From Chitinivibrionales bacterium (GTDB lineage Bacteria > Fibrobacterota > Chitinivibrionia > Chitinivibrionales > WJKA01), in assembly GCA_038247415.1 (NCBI GenBank), contig JBBRUX010000062.1:1-18061 (forward strand): DNA of 18,061 nt, in the 5' to 3' direction. Made by a program: the position numbers and the translations under genes. Each line of letters starts with the position of its first letter. Within the stretch, counting starts at the first letter, position 1. Positions 15,554 to 18,061 of the stretch are shown piece by piece. The notes beneath the pieces are model-generated. The model saw nothing but the letters and a program-made list of their open reading frames with translations. It had not been told where the DNA came from and did no database searches.

Positions 15554-17914
15554 TTATCGAGTCAATTCGACATAAAACACTGGCTTAGAAGTAGGAATAG
15601 TAAGCACTCCATTGGTCATTATTCCCGTTTCGAGCTCTACCCCATTCCAGTCGACAAACCGATATTTCATGCCCGCGCACGCTGCATTTTCGATTGTTGC
15701 GCCTACTCGCGCTACAAGAACAGGCAGCGTTCCTTGATTACTGAGAGGCGGCGCAAAAAATTCCACGACATGATTCAAATCAAACTTGAAACCTTTATTA
15801 AAACTGGTGCTCACCAGAGAAACAAGTGCACGCTTACATTCTTTTAAAGGCGCATCGCTCATACTTGTCAATGAGAACGAAAGAAATTTTTCCGAGTCGG
15901 TAACAGGATAGGGCATGTCTGACGGGCACGCGATGGAAACATTTTTAAGCGTGGTACCATTGCGAAAAACGACTTTGTCCCCGTATTGACTTAAGAAACC
16001 CGTATACGAGGCTACTCCGGGAGCATCAAACATCAAATATCCCTTTTGCCAATCGTATTCGATTTCGTTATTAGGTTTAATAGGGTTAGGCTCAAAGGTA
16101 CGCGGGCGATACGATGGGCCCGTCGTAAGAGATCCTTCCTCCATAAAGCGCTCATATGATCCAGGCTCTTTAAAAACTGTATCCTTGGGGCGATCTTCGA
16201 GTGTTGGATCGATAATGAGCCTGCTCCCATACCGGTAGGATGTTGCAGCCATACGAGAAAGCATTCCCGGCCCATACGACAAATCGGGATCCATGCTCGC
16301 AGGATCGTATAAAGCCTTCTTACCAAACACAAAAAGAGTGGGGTTTGGTGCTGGGAGCAATAAACAGTTACGAAATATCTCAGAAGCTGCTTTCATTGCT
16401 GAAAGTTGTATTTCGTCAAATTGAAAATGAAGATTTATTGAATGCCCTACGTCAAGTTTTGCTTCGAATGGCTTCGTAAGTTTCGAGTCGGGCGCAAAAC
16501 CGTAGTAATGCCAGCAAATGATATCCCAATCCTGAATAGATCCAAGCGATGCAAGGCGCATAGGAAATTCTGCTCGATATTTAGAAGTATTATCGATTTG
16601 TGTTTCGTAAACAATAAAGGGTTTGCCAGGAAAACGGTTTTGCTCGAGCCATGGTTCCTTCCAGGCTAAACGAGGCAATTCTTCGAGCCCGCTAAAAAAC
16701 GGAAATCGTTTGTGTGTAGGATCGTGGTGGGTCCCACCAATGTAGCTGTCGTGTGCTACGGCATCTGCATGCTCATGAAGATATTGACACTGAATACTCG
16801 ACCCAGGAAAGCCCGTATTCCACAGGAGGGCACACTGCGTAAGGCTTTTGCCTAAGGGTTTAACAGCATTAGCTTCACGCTGTTTATGATTTACCCAAAG
16901 CTTGGTAAAAAACTCTAACACATCGCTACCGCGTGCACGGGTAAAATCATCACGGGAATATTCTTGTTTTGTACTTTGGAGCATCGCTACGGCCTCAGGA
17001 TTGGCATCACTTATTGTTACTGGTATGGTTGAGCTGCGAATAGGGGCAAGGAGAATCGACCGATTTGCAAGTGATTCTCCTTTAAGCAAAAAACCCCACG
17101 CTTTCGTCAGGTTAGCATCCGATCCATATTTCTTTTCGAGAAAGACGCACCATTGAGTGAGTAATTCATCCTGAAAAAACGTAGGTATTTTTTGCCATTC
17201 CCCTCCGGTCATACGCGAAATAAAGCCATCTTCGTTGGACAATTCCCAAACCGCACAGAATGGATCATCGGCAAGAGAAAGGCCCGTATACAAATTTACC
17301 CGCACTGCAGCGCGCTTCATATTGGCAATGCCTATTGTTTCCAAACGGGGATCCCATATGCGGGCTATATTATTAGTAAGCCGAACAGCGTCCAAGGTGC
17401 CGCCCATTTCACGAATTGCAAGCTTCCACGCTTTGGCTGTTTTGGGGTCTTTAAGACAATCAACATCATTTACAGTTGCGAATCCTGCGGCCTTGGAGAG
17501 AGCAGTATTCCAGACCCGAAATCCTGCCTGCTTCATTTTATAAAAAAGGTAGTCGCACACATCGGTTTCCGAGCCATCTCCTTTTGTATACTCTTTAAGC
17601 CCCGAGCTATACCGCACCATGGTAAACCCAAGCTCATGCAGGCGCGCTACCATGAGGTCCATATCATTGTAGGCATTACGATTGGGAGTTTTAAGCAATG
17701 AAAAACCGCCCGTTGTTGCCCAAAACCTAACGCGTTTTCCGTTTACTGAAAAATGCCCATTTTTATCCACCACAACATAAGCATCCTTATCTGTCACCAC
17801 AACAGGCTCCTTTTGTAGAGTACCACTCTTGGCCACTTGATTATTTGTTGCCCCATTTGAAAGCATAAGGAAACTAGAAATACCAATAATACCGAGTGCA
17901 AAAGTAATTTTCAT
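15554..17914 (-). CDS. Secreted clan GH-A glycoside hydrolase-like protein (GH5/GH42/GH148-like TIM barrel), substrate unknown
   Basis: 786 aa. Signal-like N-terminus; NGHFSVNGKRVRFW, LGFTMVR, NLYTGLSLADDP..WELSNE (putative acid/base E228), a GH42-like segment FLEKKYGSDANLTKAWG, and GKPFIVYE (putative nucleophile E437). GGAGG SD. Confidence 0.7.
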   Translation of the reverse strand: MKITFALGIIGISSFLMLSNGATNNQVAKSGTLQKEPVVVTDKDAYVVVDKNGHFSVNGKRVRFWATTGGFSLLKTPNRNAYNDMDLMVARLHELGFTMVRYSSGLKEYTKGDGSETDVCDYLFYKMKQAGFRVWNTALSKAAGFATVNDVDCLKDPKTAKAWKLAIREMGGTLDAVRLTNNIARIWDPRLETIGIANMKRAAVRVNLYTGLSLADDPFCAVWELSNEDGFISRMTGGEWQKIPTFFQDELLTQWCVFLEKKYGSDANLTKAWGFLLKGESLANRSILLAPIRSSTIPVTISDANPEAVAMLQSTKQEYSRDDFTRARGSDVLEFFTKLWVNHKQREANAVKPLGKSLTQCALLWNTGFPGSSIQCQYLHEHADAVAHDSYIGGTHHDPTHKRFPFFSGLEELPRLAWKEPWLEQNRFPGKPFIVYETQIDNTSKYRAEFPMRLASLGSIQDWDIICWHYYGFAPDSKLTKPFEAKLDVGHSINLHFQFDEIQLSAMKAASEIFRNCLLLPAPNPTLFVFGKKALYDPASMDPDLSYGPGMLSRMAATSYRYGSRLIIDPTLEDRPKDTVFKEPGSYERFMEEGSLTTGPSYRPRTFEPNPIKPNNEIEYDWQKGYLMFDAPGVASYTGFLSQYGDKVVFRNGTTLKNVSIACPSDMPYPVTDSEKFLSFSLTSMSDAPLKECKRALVSLVSTSFNKGFKFDLNHVVEFFAPPLSNQGTLPVLVARVGATIENAACAGMKYRFVDWNGVELETGIMTNGVLTIPTSKPVFYVELTR

Positions 17915-17957
17915 AATTCCTCCGGCGCGTTTTTGAGTTAAAGTCCGCTTTTGGTTT

Positions 17958-17987
17958 AAATTAGTCTCCCACCATCGCTACTGTCAA
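17958..17987 (-). promoter_or_regulatory. Possible sigma70-type promoter of the glycoside hydrolase gene
   Basis: TTGACA (17987-17982), 18-nt spacer, TAATTT (17963-17958), about 45 nt upstream of ATG 17914. It may instead lie inside the tail of an upstream gene. Confidence 0.35.
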
Positions 17988-18061
17988 ACGATTCTCTTTT
18001 GTGTAGGCTGTCGTTTCCTCCTTTGAAAATGCCATACTGAATGTCCGGTGATTCATCTGTA

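Noticed and set aside
17957..18061. Possible C-terminal end of an upstream minus-strand gene (two frames open for about 32-34 codons)
   Set aside because: Too short to choose a frame or recognise a family.
1..18061. CRISPR arrays, IS/integrase/phage genes, tRNA/rRNA, defence systems
   Set aside because: No regularly spaced repeats or recognisable motifs were seen. The window is almost fully accounted for by metabolic and envelope genes.

Overview
Bacterial chromosomal window with no mobile element, CRISPR array, rRNA or tRNA that I can see. It has three blocks. (1) 1-5504, minus strand: a cobalamin-riboswitch-controlled cobamide uptake and remodelling operon (sigma70 promoter, B12 riboswitch, btuB-like TonB-dependent receptor, BtuG-like beta-propeller lipoprotein, btuF, cbiR-like phosphodiesterase, cobU running off the left edge). 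(2) 5586-13567: a visibly GC-richer sugar-acid catabolic cluster with a divergent AraC regulator. In order it encodes a TIM-barrel isomerase/epimerase carrying a 1-nt frameshift, a Gfo/Idh/MocA oxidoreductase, a second TIM-barrel epimerase, uxaC, a uxuB-type SDR, and a single ORF fusing a gluconokinase (GntK) to a LarA-family nickel-pincer epimerase (GntE-like). The fusion is the most striking item: it implies a UxuA-independent route glucuronate > fructuronate > mannonate > gluconate > 6-phosphogluconate. (3) 13628-17914, minus strand: a secreted serine hydrolase with a T9SS-like tail, a small WxxGxW-repeat lipoprotein behind a well-formed sigma54 promoter, and a secreted clan GH-A glycoside hydrolase-like protein. 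The host is a diderm, possibly FCB group (inference). All calls come from motif recognition by eye; no searches were run.
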